This document shows, piece after piece, positions 48,414-59,013 of a stretch of 64,000 bases of DNA (position 1 is its first letter; the number at the start of each line of letters is the position of its first letter). Both the position numbers and the translations under genes were made by a program. The notes under the pieces are model-generated. The model was not told the DNA's origin, made no database searches, and was given only the letters and a program-made list of their open reading frames with translations. Source of the DNA: Cenarchaeum sp. (GTDB lineage: Archaea > Thermoproteota > Nitrososphaeria > Nitrososphaerales > Nitrosopumilaceae); the NCBI GenBank assembly GCA_965206845.1, contig OZ242221.1, forward strand, positions 960,001-1,024,000. Direction: 5' to 3'.

Positions 48414-49300
48414 TGAAGCCGAATAGTGCCTTTTCACACAGGATCAAGGGGAAATCACTGCAGGCGCTCGGGGACCACCGGGAGGCGGTAGCGGGCCTTG
48501 ATGAGTCGATAAGGCTGGATCCTAGGAACGCCCCTGCGCACGCGGCCAAGGGGAAATCGCTGCAGGAGCTCGGGAAGTACCGGGAGGCGGTAGCGTGCCT
48601 TGATGTAGCAGTTGGGCTGAACCCGGAATACTCCTTTGCGCATGCGACCAAGGGAATATCGCTGCAGGCTCTCGGAAGACGCCGGGAGGCGGTAGCGTGC
48701 TTTGATGAGACACTAAGGCTGGATCCGAAGAATGCCTTTGCATACGGAACCAAGGGAAGATCGCTACAGGAGCTTGGGAGATACGAGGAGTCGTTGACGT
48801 GCCTTGACAGGGCGGTAGATCTGAGCCCGAACTACCCCTTTGCGCACGTGGCCAAGGGAATATCACTGCAGGCGCTCGGAAGACACCGGGAGGCGATGGC
48901 GTGCCTTGATGAGGCAATTGGGCTGAAGCCGGACTACTTTGCGCATGCGACCAAGGAGAGACTGCTGCAGGGGCTCGGGAAGACGCCGGAAGGCGATAGC
49001 GTGCCCTGACGGGTCGATAAGGCTGGATCCGGCGAATGCCCATGCATGTGGGGCCAAAGTGCGTGTCGCTGTAGAGGCCTGGAAGCACCGGGAGGCGATA
49101 GCGTGCCTTGGTGAGGCAATGGCGCCTGATCCATCTTGTGCCTTTGTGCATGGGGCGTGCGAAGGCGGGTTTTCCGGCCTTGGCCCCGGAACAAGGCACT
49201 GCCTCGTGGACACGATGGCGCTGCTGCCGACGTGCCAAGGCGATCCCGGTGTTGTTGGGGGTGCCAAACTGGGACTGCACGGTGCCGCCCTCATACTGCT
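48414..49300 (+). pseudogene. TPR-repeat protein fragment
   Basis: About seven 34-aa (102-bp) repeats KG.SLQ.LG...EA.AC.D.A..L.P; 5' end missing, frameshift near 48977, decayed 3' units. Confidence 0.85.
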
Positions 49301-49440
49301 GAGATGTGATCCGCAATTAAGAATCGAACCTTCGATGCCCATAATCTTACAGATATGTGTTCCAAAGCATGCAACTTTCGTATGATTATGCCAAAGATCG
49401 TGCTCTAATGTGCTTGCGTGCTAATTACGAATCACATCTC
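49301..49440 (-). mobile_element. 140-bp MITE, copy C (inverted)
   Basis: Reverse complement of copies A/B with a few substitutions; ends GAGATGTGAT / ATCACATCTC. Confidence 0.9.
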
Positions 49441-49632
49441 TGGACAGGATCATCAGCGAGGCCGCGCACGGGCACGGCAAGCCTGCTTGTCTCAGAATAT
49501 TACAGGACGTTTGCAGACATGTGCAATGCAATCATCACGTACTACAGAACCGTGAGGTTTAAGCTGGACATAGTCAGATACGCCAGCGGAAATCCAAAAT
49601 TATTCTGTACAAAACTTATGATCGGCGCTATA
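49441..49632 (+). pseudogene. Probable IS630-family transposase C-terminal remnant and right end
   Basis: LLVSEYYRTFADMCNAIITYYRTVRFKLDIVRY resembles archaeal IS630 C-termini; putative end ...ATGATCGGCGCTATA ending in TA. Confidence 0.55.
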
Positions 49633-49855
49633 GATACACCAGTGTGCTCAAAAAATCTTTTGTTCGAAGGATTCTTCTCGAAATTCGGGCGCCGACCAGC
49701 GCGTCCGTTCTGCATGACCAATCCGAATTGTGTCGAGCAATTTCATACGAACGCAATGGGGGCCAAAGCAGTCCGATCACCTCGAGCTCATAACCTGACA
49801 AGTCGCTGAATCCCATGAAGATTGCAGGCGCCTCGCTTTTTGAAGCGGTATGCGG

Positions 49856-51274
49856 CTAGCCGCCCTTTGGCCCGTCCAGTCCTGCCTGCTGCCTTGCGGT
49901 CCTGCTGTATAGCGCCCTCCACAGGAAGAGCATGGTCAGGCCTGAGTCGACTGCAATTCCATAAAAGAAGAGCCACATGACGCCCTCGAATGTCGGCACC
50001 CATGTACCGGCCGTGTAGAGAGCGAACGCGGCTAGGTAGACCGTGCCGTTTGTAATGATCGACTGGAATGCCATGTATCTCGTCTTCCCGATGCCGTAAA
50101 AGACGCTGTCCGTCACGGTATTGAACGAAAAGAGCACGTAGGGGAGAAGCAATATCCCAAACGCCACTACGGCCAGCCTGAGCGTGTCCGCATCGCCGGT
50201 CAGGGAGCCTGCGATGTCCCCAAAGAAGGAGAGCACCGGGAGCCAGACGGCTGCCACCATCAGGGCCGTGATAAGCATGGATGCGAGCCAGAGCCTTCTG
50301 ACGCGCCGCAGGTCTCCGGACGCGTTGGCCACTAGCGCCTTTGCGGACTCGGCAAACGCCAAGACCGGCACGAGCATAAAGCTCCACATTATCTGGATGA
50401 ATACGTAGTAGCCACCAATCTCGTCGGCGCCTATCGAGTTTACAATCCCGATTATCATGACAAAGTAGGCTGCGTTGCGGATCGCGCTGTCGGTTCCGCT
50501 CCACATCCCGACGCGCAGGTACGTGCGCAGGCCAGAAAACGACGGCGGCACCACGAGCGATCTCAGCTGTACGCGCTTGGTACGAAACAGCAACACGAGC
50601 CCGAAGAGGAAGAGCGCGAGGCTCGCCAGCAATGTAGACCATGCCACGCCGATGACATCTGCCTGGAGCGAGAGCTCGCCGCTGCCAAAGAAGAGCATGT
50701 CCAACCCGAAGAGCAGGGCCACGTTGACAAACGCCATGATTAAGACCAGACGGCGCATCCCAAGCGACTCGAAGAGTACCACGATGGCGACTGCAAGCAC
50801 TGTAAACGGAAGGCTGAAGACGCTGATCTCCAGGTACTGCTGCGTCTGCTCCCGAATCCCCTCCGGCGTGCCTATGATCTCGACGAACGCGTCAGTGAAC
50901 ATGAAGACACCCGCCGAGTAGGCCAGCGACGCGACAAAGATGACAAAGAGGACGGTCTTCGCCCTGTCGATCTGCACAGCAGCGCCGCTACGTATCTGCG
51001 ATCCAAGGAAGAAAAAGATCGCTAGAACCGTGGCCTCCTGAAAGACCTCTATTACAAGCCCGACAAACTGCCACTGCGACACGATCGCAAGGCTTCCAGG
51101 ATCTGGCAGCTCGGTTCCGATTATGCCCGTACGGTAGATCTGATATATGTTCGGCAGGCCCAAAAACAGCAGGATGAAAAAATAGAGTCTCCAGTTCCAC
51201 TCCGTCAGGTAGCTGCGAAGGAGGCCCACGCCACCGGCCTTGTCGCTACCCACGCAAGATGCTCCCGGTGTCAA
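49856..51274 (-). CDS. MATE-family multidrug/toxin efflux transporter
   Basis: About 12 TM in two halves, VIGVAWSTL, DSVFYGIGKTRY; true start probably slightly downstream. Confidence 0.8.
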   Translation of the reverse strand: MTPGASCVGSDKAGGVGLLRSYLTEWNWRLYFFILLFLGLPNIYQIYRTGIIGTELPDPGSLAIVSQWQFVGLVIEVFQEATVLAIFFFLGSQIRSGAAVQIDRAKTVLFVIFVASLAYSAGVFMFTDAFVEIIGTPEGIREQTQQYLEISVFSLPFTVLAVAIVVLFESLGMRRLVLIMAFVNVALLFGLDMLFFGSGELSLQADVIGVAWSTLLASLALFLFGLVLLFRTKRVQLRSLVVPPSFSGLRTYLRVGMWSGTDSAIRNAAYFVMIIGIVNSIGADEIGGYYVFIQIMWSFMLVPVLAFAESAKALVANASGDLRRVRRLWLASMLITALMVAAVWLPVLSFFGDIAGSLTGDADTLRLAVVAFGILLLPYVLFSFNTVTDSVFYGIGKTRYMAFQSIITNGTVYLAAFALYTAGTWVPTFEGVMWLFFYGIAVDSGLTMLFLWRALYSRTARQQAGLDGPKGG

Positions 51275-52750
51275 GAGTCGTTGGATGCCGTGTTGTCGCT
51301 CCCGGACTAGCCGACCGCAACACGGCAGCTCGCCCGGAACGCATTTCCCGCATCCGTCTCTCGCAGTACAGGAATGCAGGAAAAACAGACCGCCGCGAGC
51401 AGGATTCCTTGACGCAGGGGCACACGACAGCTTGTGGAGTTCCAGCTACACGCATCTTATCTAACGTCATACCATATCGCCTCTTTGCCATTAACTGTTT
51501 GTCCACGAGTGGACGAAACGACTTGACCCGGCAGGGATCGGATCGGCTCACGGGCGTGTTTTCCTGTGGCGGCATGTCAGAACTCTGTGGTGCTGACGAC
51601 TCGTCCGCCACGAATACGCGACAGCTGGCAGGAGCCGGGCCTACCCATACCCTGCCAAGTCCGCGGGCCCATACACTGCCGCCCTGCCCTTGATTTTCAT
51701 GGGTTTTCCGGCCCCATACACGCGGACTGTTCCCCATACTCAAACGGCGCCATCATACATTCCCGCAGCCTCCATACACATCCGCAATCCCCATGCATCC
51801 CAATTCCCCCATATTGGCCTCATGCCCGCCGAGACCGGCGCGGGTTTGCGGTAGGCCTGCACAGGCAAGTCCGGTGGCAGGCACTGAGCGGCGCACCTAT
51901 AGTCACACAAGTCCCGTCACTGCGCCGGCGTCGCGGCATCGGGCTGCCCGGCGTTGCATGCCCGCCTGGGGGCGGGCCCCTACGTCTCCTGCGGCCCGGG
52001 GAGCAGATCCCCTGGGAACGTTGGGGCTACGAACCCCGTGGCGCTGTGACACCAAAGGCATCGCAGCTTTACCTTTTCGGGTATCTCTCGCAGGGTGTCA
52101 CTGGTCTCTTGCGGTGTTGTGCGAGTCATCCGATGTGTCCAGCTTCTTCAGCTCGCTGTTCACCACGTCTTGCTCGCGGTTCATCACACCATGATTGTAA
52201 TAGATGAGGCAGTCCCGTAGCCATTCGTACATGGTTGTCGTCCATTAGGTTAGCCTAATAAATGTGGCGGCCGCCGGCATGCCCCGGCGTCCTGCGACGA
52301 GGGCACGCCGCCGGCGTGATCACATGACTGTGGATCAACGGGGCTTGCCGCGTGGGAGTGCGCTGCTCAGTGCCTGCAGCCGAGCTTGCCGGTGCGGGCC
52401 TACTGAAGCTCACGTTGGTCCCGGCGGGATCCGGTTCAAGCCACTCGTCTTATTAGCGAAGGTGTGGGAAGGTACTGTTAAAAATTTAGGATCTAATTTT
52501 CAAGTTTAGGAACAGATCAAGCATTCTAGATCTCTTGTTTTTAGCAGTGCCCTAATCAGCATTAATTTCCAAGGAACCTCACAGTTTGCATATATTGATA
52601 AAGACAGCCCAAGGTTGAACGGTGCAAGTCAGAGCGGGGGGAAGGGTCTGAAATAAGCCGACTATGCCATGTGGATTCCTCCAGACCGCTATCTTATGGC
52701 CTGTCCGGATGTGCAGGCCCATGGCCAAACGCAGGAGCCGGCCTCGTGCC

Positions 52751-53299
52751 CTAGATCTTCCTTACCAGCGTGAACCTGGCCTTTCCTGGCTCGATCTCCT
52801 CGTGCATGTCGACGTTGCTGATCACCTTTACCTTGTAGTCCAGCCACCGCGCAAAGGCATCCCGCAGCCGCAAGCCGCCCGCCGACTCGCCGTCCCTTCC
52901 GTACATCTCGCAGTTGACCACGTACTTTCTGGATACCCGAAACATCTCCGAGATCGCCCCGTCGACCTCGTCATCCTCCAGATAGTTCAGCAGCCTGTGC
53001 GTAAAGACAAAGTCAAAGGACGAGTCCCCGTATGGCATGTCCATGGCGGAGGCCTCCTCAAACTCCCAGTCCGGAAACCTCTTCCTGGCCTTCCCCACCG
53101 CGTACTCGCTCAGGTCCACCCCGCAGACCTGCGCGCGGGGATTGAAGAGCCGCAGGTCGCCCCCTGCGGAGCAGCCAACCTCCAGGGCGTTCTCTGCGCG
53201 CAGGGAGACTGCCAGATCCCGGATGAACTTGCAGAACTCCTCGCTGTTTGGCGGATCGCCCCCGTCGGCATGCCTGCGCCAGAAACCGGCATCAAACAC
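52751..53299 (-). CDS. Class I SAM-dependent methyltransferase
   Basis: LEVGCSAG, GVDLS, MPYGDSSFDFVF, EMFRV; start approximate. Confidence 0.88.
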   Translation of the reverse strand: MFDAGFWRRHADGGDPPNSEEFCKFIRDLAVSLRAENALEVGCSAGGDLRLFNPRAQVCGVDLSEYAVGKARKRFPDWEFEEASAMDMPYGDSSFDFVFTHRLLNYLEDDEVDGAISEMFRVSRKYVVNCEMYGRDGESAGGLRLRDAFARWLDYKVKVISNVDMHEEIEPGKARFTLVRKI

Positions 53300-53304
53300 G
53301 ATAC

Positions 53305-53493
53305 CTACACCGCCCGGTGCCTGCATCGGCAGGGGATCGCCTTGGCATCAAAGGTACAGTCGTGCGGTCCGTCGGTTCTGCTGCCCACCATGATCTCTTG
53401 CATGCACTCGCCGTGCCGCCCCTTCTTGCAAAACCAACAGATCTCAGAATTCCTGCCGGGACTGCACCAGTCAGCTGTCGCTTTGTCGGCCAT
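53305..53493 (-). CDS. Small Cys-rich hypothetical protein
   Basis: 62 aa with CWFC, H.EC, C.C.H; operonic between ilvE and the methyltransferase. Confidence 0.6.
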   Translation of the reverse strand: MADKATADWCSPGRNSEICWFCKKGRHGECMQEIMVGSRTDGPHDCTFDAKAIPCRCRHRAV

Positions 53494-53511
53494 ACAGGTA
53501 GAGATTTTGCA

Positions 53512-54426
53512 TTAGATGTATTTAAGCCAAGTCAGGAACTTCTCGTTCCTGCCAGTTGCCGCATCGATGTATGCCTTCTGCAGCCTCCGGGTCTGGCTGC
53601 CCATCTGGCCGTCGCCGATCCTCACGCGGTCTATCATGGCCACCGACTTGACCTCTGCTGCCGTTCCCACCATGAACACCTCGTCGGCCGTGTACAGGTC
53701 TTCCCGGTCTATCTCCCTCTCCGTTACGCGGCCGCCGTCCGCCTCTATGATCTGGATTACGCTGTCCCTGGTGATTCCCTCTAGAATTCCCGACCCTGAC
53801 GGCGGCGTGAGGATGCTGTCGCCCCTGACGAGGAAGATGTTCTCCGCGCTGCCCTCGGTTACCTTGCCGTCGCGGTTGAGCATTATGGCCTCGTCGTATC
53901 CGCAGTCTATGGCCTCGAGCCTGGCCAGTGCCGCGTTTGCATAGTTTGAGGCGGCCTTTGCCTTTACGGGTTGCACCCTCGAGTCTATCCTTACCCAGCT
54001 TGATACCTTGCATTTTGCCCCGGTGAATTTGCCCGCCACCGACTCGCCCATGTTCCACTCCCAGCAGGCGATGGACACGTCGACCTTGTTCTTTGTGGGG
54101 GTGAGGCCCATCTCGCCGTATCCGTAGTAGGCGATGGGTCTGATGTAGCACTCGTGCAGTCCTGACTTCCTTACGGTCTGTATGATGGCCCCGGTGATCT
54201 CATCCTTGGAGTAGGGCATCTCCATCGAGTATATCTTGGCCGAGTTAAACAGCCTGTCCACATGCTCGCCCAGCCTGAATATGGCGGGCCCCTTCTCCGT
54301 GCTGTAGCACCGCAGGCCCTCAAACACGGCAGTGGAGTAGTGCAGGGCGTGCGTCAGCACATGCACCTTGGCGTCCTTGAACGGAACCAGGTTGCCGTTC
54401 ATCCATATGCTGCCCTCCTCCTTCAT
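53512..54426 (-). CDS. ilvE: Branched-chain amino acid aminotransferase
   Basis: HALHYSTAVFEG, YIRP, KAKAASNY, EGSAENIF, LEGITR, GTAAEV. Confidence 0.95.
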   Translation of the reverse strand: MKEEGSIWMNGNLVPFKDAKVHVLTHALHYSTAVFEGLRCYSTEKGPAIFRLGEHVDRLFNSAKIYSMEMPYSKDEITGAIIQTVRKSGLHECYIRPIAYYGYGEMGLTPTKNKVDVSIACWEWNMGESVAGKFTGAKCKVSSWVRIDSRVQPVKAKAASNYANAALARLEAIDCGYDEAIMLNRDGKVTEGSAENIFLVRGDSILTPPSGSGILEGITRDSVIQIIEADGGRVTEREIDREDLYTADEVFMVGTAAEVKSVAMIDRVRIGDGQMGSQTRRLQKAYIDAATGRNEKFLTWLKYI

Positions 54427-54699
54427 ACGGGTTTGGGCTTATCAAAGTAATTTAAGAGTTAAAGCGCGCCAGCCGGTGCGCCAGCTGCCGCATGGTCCTA
54501 TGCCTGGCCGGTCCTGCCTGGTTATTTCTGGCTGTTTCGTCCAGGTCTGGGAGTAAACGGCGACCGATACGACAGGATGTGGGGGACTGCTTATGCCCGA
54601 CGCATCTCCCTGCAAGCATGGCCGAAGCGATCCGGACTTTTTGCCTTCACAAAATTGAAACCCTTAAATAGAAAACTCTGATCCTTCAATTCAATTGTA

Positions 54700-54960
54700 A
54701 TGAAAGGCTGGTTCGTTCTTCTAGTGTTGGCGATCTTGGTAATCATACCTGCTGCCAATTATGTATATGCGGCCGGCGACGAGCCGGGCGAGTACCTGGA
54801 TCGGCGTGTGGAGATATGGAATCTGTTCTTTCGCATGATGACGGTGGCGTTTACCATCGGTGCGGTGGTGTCAGGCACCATAATCTGGCTGATCCTCCGC
54901 TTTAGGGAGTCAAACCCGAAGGCCAAGCCAACCCCATACGAAGAGGCCGGAGAGTGGTAG
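54700..54960 (+). CDS. Small membrane subunit resembling the N-terminal TM part of heme-copper oxidase subunit II
   Basis: Signal-like N-terminus, IWNLF..M..VAF.IG.VV...IIWLILRFR. Confidence 0.65.
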   Translation: MKGWFVLLVLAILVIIPAANYVYAAGDEPGEYLDRRVEIWNLFFRMMTVAFTIGAVVSGTIIWLILRFRESNPKAKPTPYEEAGEW

Positions 54961-54963
54961 CAT

Positions 54964-55395
54964 ATGGGACAGCACTCCAACTGGCCTGAATGGATATACA
55001 TCGGCGTAGTGGTGGCCCTGCTGGTGTGGGTAGGCGCCGAGGCCTGGAATGTGGAGAGGATAGTGGAGCACATACCCGAAGACGCCGAGACGATCAAGGT
55101 CCTGGGACAGCAGTGGTTCTGGACCTTTGAGCACGAAGACGGCACCACGGAGATCGGCCAGCTGCATCTGGAGGCGGGCAAGGCCTACCGGTTTGAGGTG
55201 ACATCCAAGGACGTGATTCACAGCTTCAACATACACGACTATGTGGTGCTGCTGGACGCGGTTCCGGGCAGGACAAACATTGTGTGGTTCTCGCCCACAG
55301 AGGCAGGCGAGTACGACATCCAGTGCAGGGAGTACTGCGGGCTGATACACTACAACATGCGCGGCAAGCTCATAGTGGAGGATCCGACGGCATGA
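54964..55395 (+). CDS. coxB: Heme-copper oxidase subunit II (CuA domain)
   Basis: GQQWFW.F, DVIHSF, CREYCGLIHYNM. Confidence 0.92.
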   Translation: MGQHSNWPEWIYIGVVVALLVWVGAEAWNVERIVEHIPEDAETIKVLGQQWFWTFEHEDGTTEIGQLHLEAGKAYRFEVTSKDVIHSFNIHDYVVLLDAVPGRTNIVWFSPTEAGEYDIQCREYCGLIHYNMRGKLIVEDPTA

Positions 55396-55444
55396 TAACG
55401 CTTTTATCCATTTTGAAAAACGGTTCACAGGGGAATAGTCTCAC

Positions 55445-56971
55445 ATGGTACTAGAACTGCGGAATCCCAGACCGATCTGGCAGATCATGTTCTCCACGCA
55501 CCACACCGACGTGGGCCTCCTGTACCTGATCACCTCCCTGGCGTTCCTGTTCCTGGGCGGCGCCCTGGCCATAGCAATCCGGCTGGAGCTCTTCCTTCCC
55601 GGATCCCAGTTTATTGCAGACTCGATGACGTTCAACCGCATATTTACCGTGCACGGCACCACGATGATCTTTCTCTTCATACTCCCCTCGGCGTCGGCCG
55701 TGGGCAACTACTTTGTCCCGATAATGGTGAGGTACAAGGACATGGCGTATCCAAAACTCAACGCCATCGCCTTCTGGATGATCCCGCCAGCCGGAGCCCT
55801 CATCTGGCTGGGCTTTGCGGACTTTACGTGGTACGCAACGCCCCCCTACTCGATAATCAGCGCACCCGGACCGGCAGCCGACATGTGGATCTTCGGGCTG
55901 AAGATACTGGGGGTCTCCTCCATACTGGGAGCCATCAACTTCATCGTCACCATAATGAAGTGCAAGCACCCCGACATGTCCCTGGGCCAGGTGCCGTTGC
56001 TTGCCTGGGCGTTTCTGTCATCATCACTCATCATCCTGGTTGCCCTGCCGACCTTTGCTGCCGCCCTTGTGATGCTGCTCACAGACAGGCTCGGAGTCAG
56101 CGGTTTCTTCAACCCCGCCATGGGGGGCGACCCCATAGCCTATGCGCACCTCTTCTGGTTCACGTTCCACCCCGAGGTGTACGTGCTGGTAATTCCTGCC
56201 ATAGGCATGATGTACGAGATAATACCCCGTTTCTCAAGAAAGCCCATCTTCAGCGCCAGCTCCGGCATCTTTGCCTTTGTGCTGCTGGCCATAGTGGGAT
56301 TCTCGTCCTGGGCGCACCACATGTACGCCACGGGCATGTCGTTCACCGAAAAGACAGTATTCATGGTGGGCACGCTAGCGGCGGTTCCGGCATCTGCCAT
56401 GCATGTCTTTAACTTCTTGGCCACCATGTGGAACGGCCGGATCAAGTTTGCCACGCCCATGATGTGGTCCGTGGGCGGAATCGCGCTCTTCTTCTCTGCG
56501 GGAGCGGGCGGCGTGGTGAACAGCGCAATGCCGCTGGACTTTGTGACGCACGACTCGTACTGGGTGGTGGGACACTTCCACCTGTTCGTGATGGGCACCA
56601 TCGCCTTTGGCACCATAGGCTACATCTACTACATGTTCCCGTATGTGACCGGCAGGATGTACAACGAGAAGATGGGGGTTGCCCACTTTGTCATGGCGTT
56701 TATCGGCACTGTTCTGGTGTTCTTCACGCAGCATGTCTTGGGGCTCTTTGGAATGCCCAGAAGGGTATACGACTATCCGCCGATACCGGAGTGGATTGCC
56801 ATGAACCAGATTGCCACGGTGGGCGCGATGCTCATCGGCGTCAGCATGGCCCTGTTCCTGGGCAACATGATATACAGCACCGCCAAGGGCAAGATAGCCA
56901 ACATGGACGACCCGTTCGGGCTTGGAGGCAAGTACTATTATCCATACCAGCGGAAGAACCCGCAACACTAG
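55445..56971 (+). CDS. coxA: Heme-copper oxidase subunit I
   Basis: FTVHG, WFTFHPEVY, WAHHMY, HDSYWVVGHFH, GMPRR. Confidence 0.96.
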   Translation: MVLELRNPRPIWQIMFSTHHTDVGLLYLITSLAFLFLGGALAIAIRLELFLPGSQFIADSMTFNRIFTVHGTTMIFLFILPSASAVGNYFVPIMVRYKDMAYPKLNAIAFWMIPPAGALIWLGFADFTWYATPPYSIISAPGPAADMWIFGLKILGVSSILGAINFIVTIMKCKHPDMSLGQVPLLAWAFLSSSLIILVALPTFAAALVMLLTDRLGVSGFFNPAMGGDPIAYAHLFWFTFHPEVYVLVIPAIGMMYEIIPRFSRKPIFSASSGIFAFVLLAIVGFSSWAHHMYATGMSFTEKTVFMVGTLAAVPASAMHVFNFLATMWNGRIKFATPMMWSVGGIALFFSAGAGGVVNSAMPLDFVTHDSYWVVGHFHLFVMGTIAFGTIGYIYYMFPYVTGRMYNEKMGVAHFVMAFIGTVLVFFTQHVLGLFGMPRRVYDYPPIPEWIAMNQIATVGAMLIGVSMALFLGNMIYSTAKGKIANMDDPFGLGGKYYYPYQRKNPQH

Positions 56972-56980
56972 GAGACGGGA

Positions 56981-57928
56981 ATGAGCCAGGTACAACAAGA
57001 ACCAATCTACCGAACCTCTTCGGAGAGAACCGTCAAGATGATGGTCATAATGCTGGGCATATGTATCGCCGGAGGCGCCATATTCTTTGGAATGTGGGAC
57101 TACTGGATATCGCAGCTGCCTGCCGTGGTGACGCAGGGGATCTCAGATAGCCCGCCACCCGCCATACCGTCCGGCGATGACATCCCGGTGTCCCTGAATT
57201 TTGTCGAGTCAGACGATCTGCTGACCCTTGGATTCAACGCCATAACGGGCGAGCCTGATGCCAACCCGATCATCAGTGCCAAGGTGGGCGATCGCATCAT
57301 ATTTGACGTAACCAACGCCGGCAGGTCCTTTCACTCGTTTGGCGTGACGTCCGACGAGGAGGGCATTAGCGGAATTTTCACCGGCACGGACGTGGCATCG
57401 CCCCTGGCACCGCTGTTGCCAGGCGAGGGCGGCGTATCGGAGTTTGTGCCTACCGCGGAGGGCATCTACTACTACATCTGCACCGTTGCAGGCCACCGGG
57501 AGCAGGGAATGGTGGGAATGATCGAGGTGGGACCCGCCGAGATCAGCGTCGCCGCGGCCCCCACGGGAGTGTCCCACGACTTCAGCCTCGACATGCTCGA
57601 GTCATCTGACCTGCTCACCATGGGGTTTGATGCCGTGCGCGGGGAGCCCGGCTCCAACCCGGAGATTGTCGTTAACTCCGGCGACGAGGTCACAATCACG
57701 ATCACCAACTCGGGAAGATCCTTCCACTCCTTTGGAATTACGGTGGATCCCGACGACATTACCAACACACTGTGGGGTTCGGAGATCGCCTCTTCGCTCA
57801 GCCCGCTGTTGCCGGGCGAGTCTGACACTACCACCTTTACGGCGGGAGCCCCGGGAAGATACTACTACGTCTGCACCGTGGCCGGGCACTCGCAGCAGGG
57901 AATGCAGGGCTCGTTCACAGTGAACTAG
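56981..57928 (+). CDS. Membrane-anchored protein with two blue-copper (cupredoxin) domains
   Basis: Internal duplication N.GRSFHSFG ... YYY.CTVAGH..QGM. Confidence 0.88.
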   Translation: MSQVQQEPIYRTSSERTVKMMVIMLGICIAGGAIFFGMWDYWISQLPAVVTQGISDSPPPAIPSGDDIPVSLNFVESDDLLTLGFNAITGEPDANPIISAKVGDRIIFDVTNAGRSFHSFGVTSDEEGISGIFTGTDVASPLAPLLPGEGGVSEFVPTAEGIYYYICTVAGHREQGMVGMIEVGPAEISVAAAPTGVSHDFSLDMLESSDLLTMGFDAVRGEPGSNPEIVVNSGDEVTITITNSGRSFHSFGITVDPDDITNTLWGSEIASSLSPLLPGESDTTTFTAGAPGRYYYVCTVAGHSQQGMQGSFTVN

Positions 57929-57929
57929 G

Positions 57930-58373
57930 TTGGCCCTGCAGTATCTAGCCCTGACAACGCTGATAGTCCTGTACTCGCTGATCTTCATCGGCGGATACGT
58001 GTCTGCGGCGGGCCTGGGCCTGACATGCCCGGACTGGCCGCTGTGCCCAAACGGCATACTTCCCGACGGCGAGTACTTTGTCGAGTGGGTGCACAGGCTG
58101 GTCGCCGCAACCACCGGGGCGCTGGTCATAGCCACCATGGTGGGAAGCTGGATCTCCAGTGACACCAACACAAAGATCCGGGTCACCAGTGCCCTGGCGT
58201 CTGCCTTCGTGGTGACGCAGATCACGCTGGGCGCCATCGTAATCGACACAAAGCTGCACGCAGTCCTGGTGGCGGTCCATCTGGGCATAGGCGTACTGCT
58301 GTTTGCCATGGTGCTGCTGACGGCCATCTTTGCGTTCAGGTTGGGCAAGCCGACGGTCGAGACTAGGATCTGA
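57930..58373 (+). CDS. ctaA: Heme A synthase (short CtaA/COX15 type)
   Basis: GLTCPDWPLC, EWVHR, Q..LG, VH. Confidence 0.88.
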   Translation: MALQYLALTTLIVLYSLIFIGGYVSAAGLGLTCPDWPLCPNGILPDGEYFVEWVHRLVAATTGALVIATMVGSWISSDTNTKIRVTSALASAFVVTQITLGAIVIDTKLHAVLVAVHLGIGVLLFAMVLLTAIFAFRLGKPTVETRI

Positions 58374-58872
58374 ACTTGGATCTTATGTATCTGGGAACGT
58401 AGACGTAGCCCATCACTATGGCAAATATCGACGCGCCGATGGTGATGCTGAAGATGAAGATGTACCCAAAGGGGCTCTGCGTGCTTATGTTGAAGGTGTA
58501 TGTGAGAATCCCGCGCTCGCCCACATTGTACAGGTCCACCTTTGCTATGTGGTTGCCGGGGCTGTCAAAGGCAAAGACCGTCTCAAAGTGGGAGCTCTCC
58601 ACGGACGTGGGCGCCACCGCGTATATCTGATCGTCGTTGAGGAAGATCCTCACGCCGATGGTCATCCTGTCCACCTCCTCAAAGTCGCCGTCGGTTACCC
58701 GCAGCAGTATCTGCGAGTCCTCGCCTATCTGGGGAAACTCGGGCAGCGTGGCAATCTGAACCCGGTATCCGCCAAAGAACTCCTCTGCGGAGTTGAAGAG
58801 CGAGTGGCCCCACACCGCCTGCACCGGCGCAGACAGGAGCAGAACCATACCTATTACCAGAACCAGCTTCAT
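58363..58872 (-). CDS. Exported membrane-anchored hypothetical protein
   Basis: Signal peptide then H at mature N-terminus, C-terminal TM. Confidence 0.7.
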   Translation of the reverse strand: MKLVLVIGMVLLLSAPVQAVWGHSLFNSAEEFFGGYRVQIATLPEFPQIGEDSQILLRVTDGDFEEVDRMTIGVRIFLNDDQIYAVAPTSVESSHFETVFAFDSPGNHIAKVDLYNVGERGILTYTFNISTQSPFGYIFIFSITIGASIFAIVMGYVYVPRYIRSKFRS

Positions 58873-59013
58873 CCGGATATGTGTTAAATCTGCTTGAATA
58901 TAATGGTAAACCGTTTTTGTGTGTCCGGCAGGCCCGTCCGGAGGACCCGCGGTGCCGTCCGGCCGGAACCGATAGATCTGTTTAATTCCTGCATGGCGCA
59001 TCAGACTCTGCAG

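Noticed and set aside
51465-51525. Hammerhead-like CTGTTT-GTCCAC-GA-GTGGAC-GAAAC
   Set aside because: Core is not CUGANGA and stem I cannot be formed.
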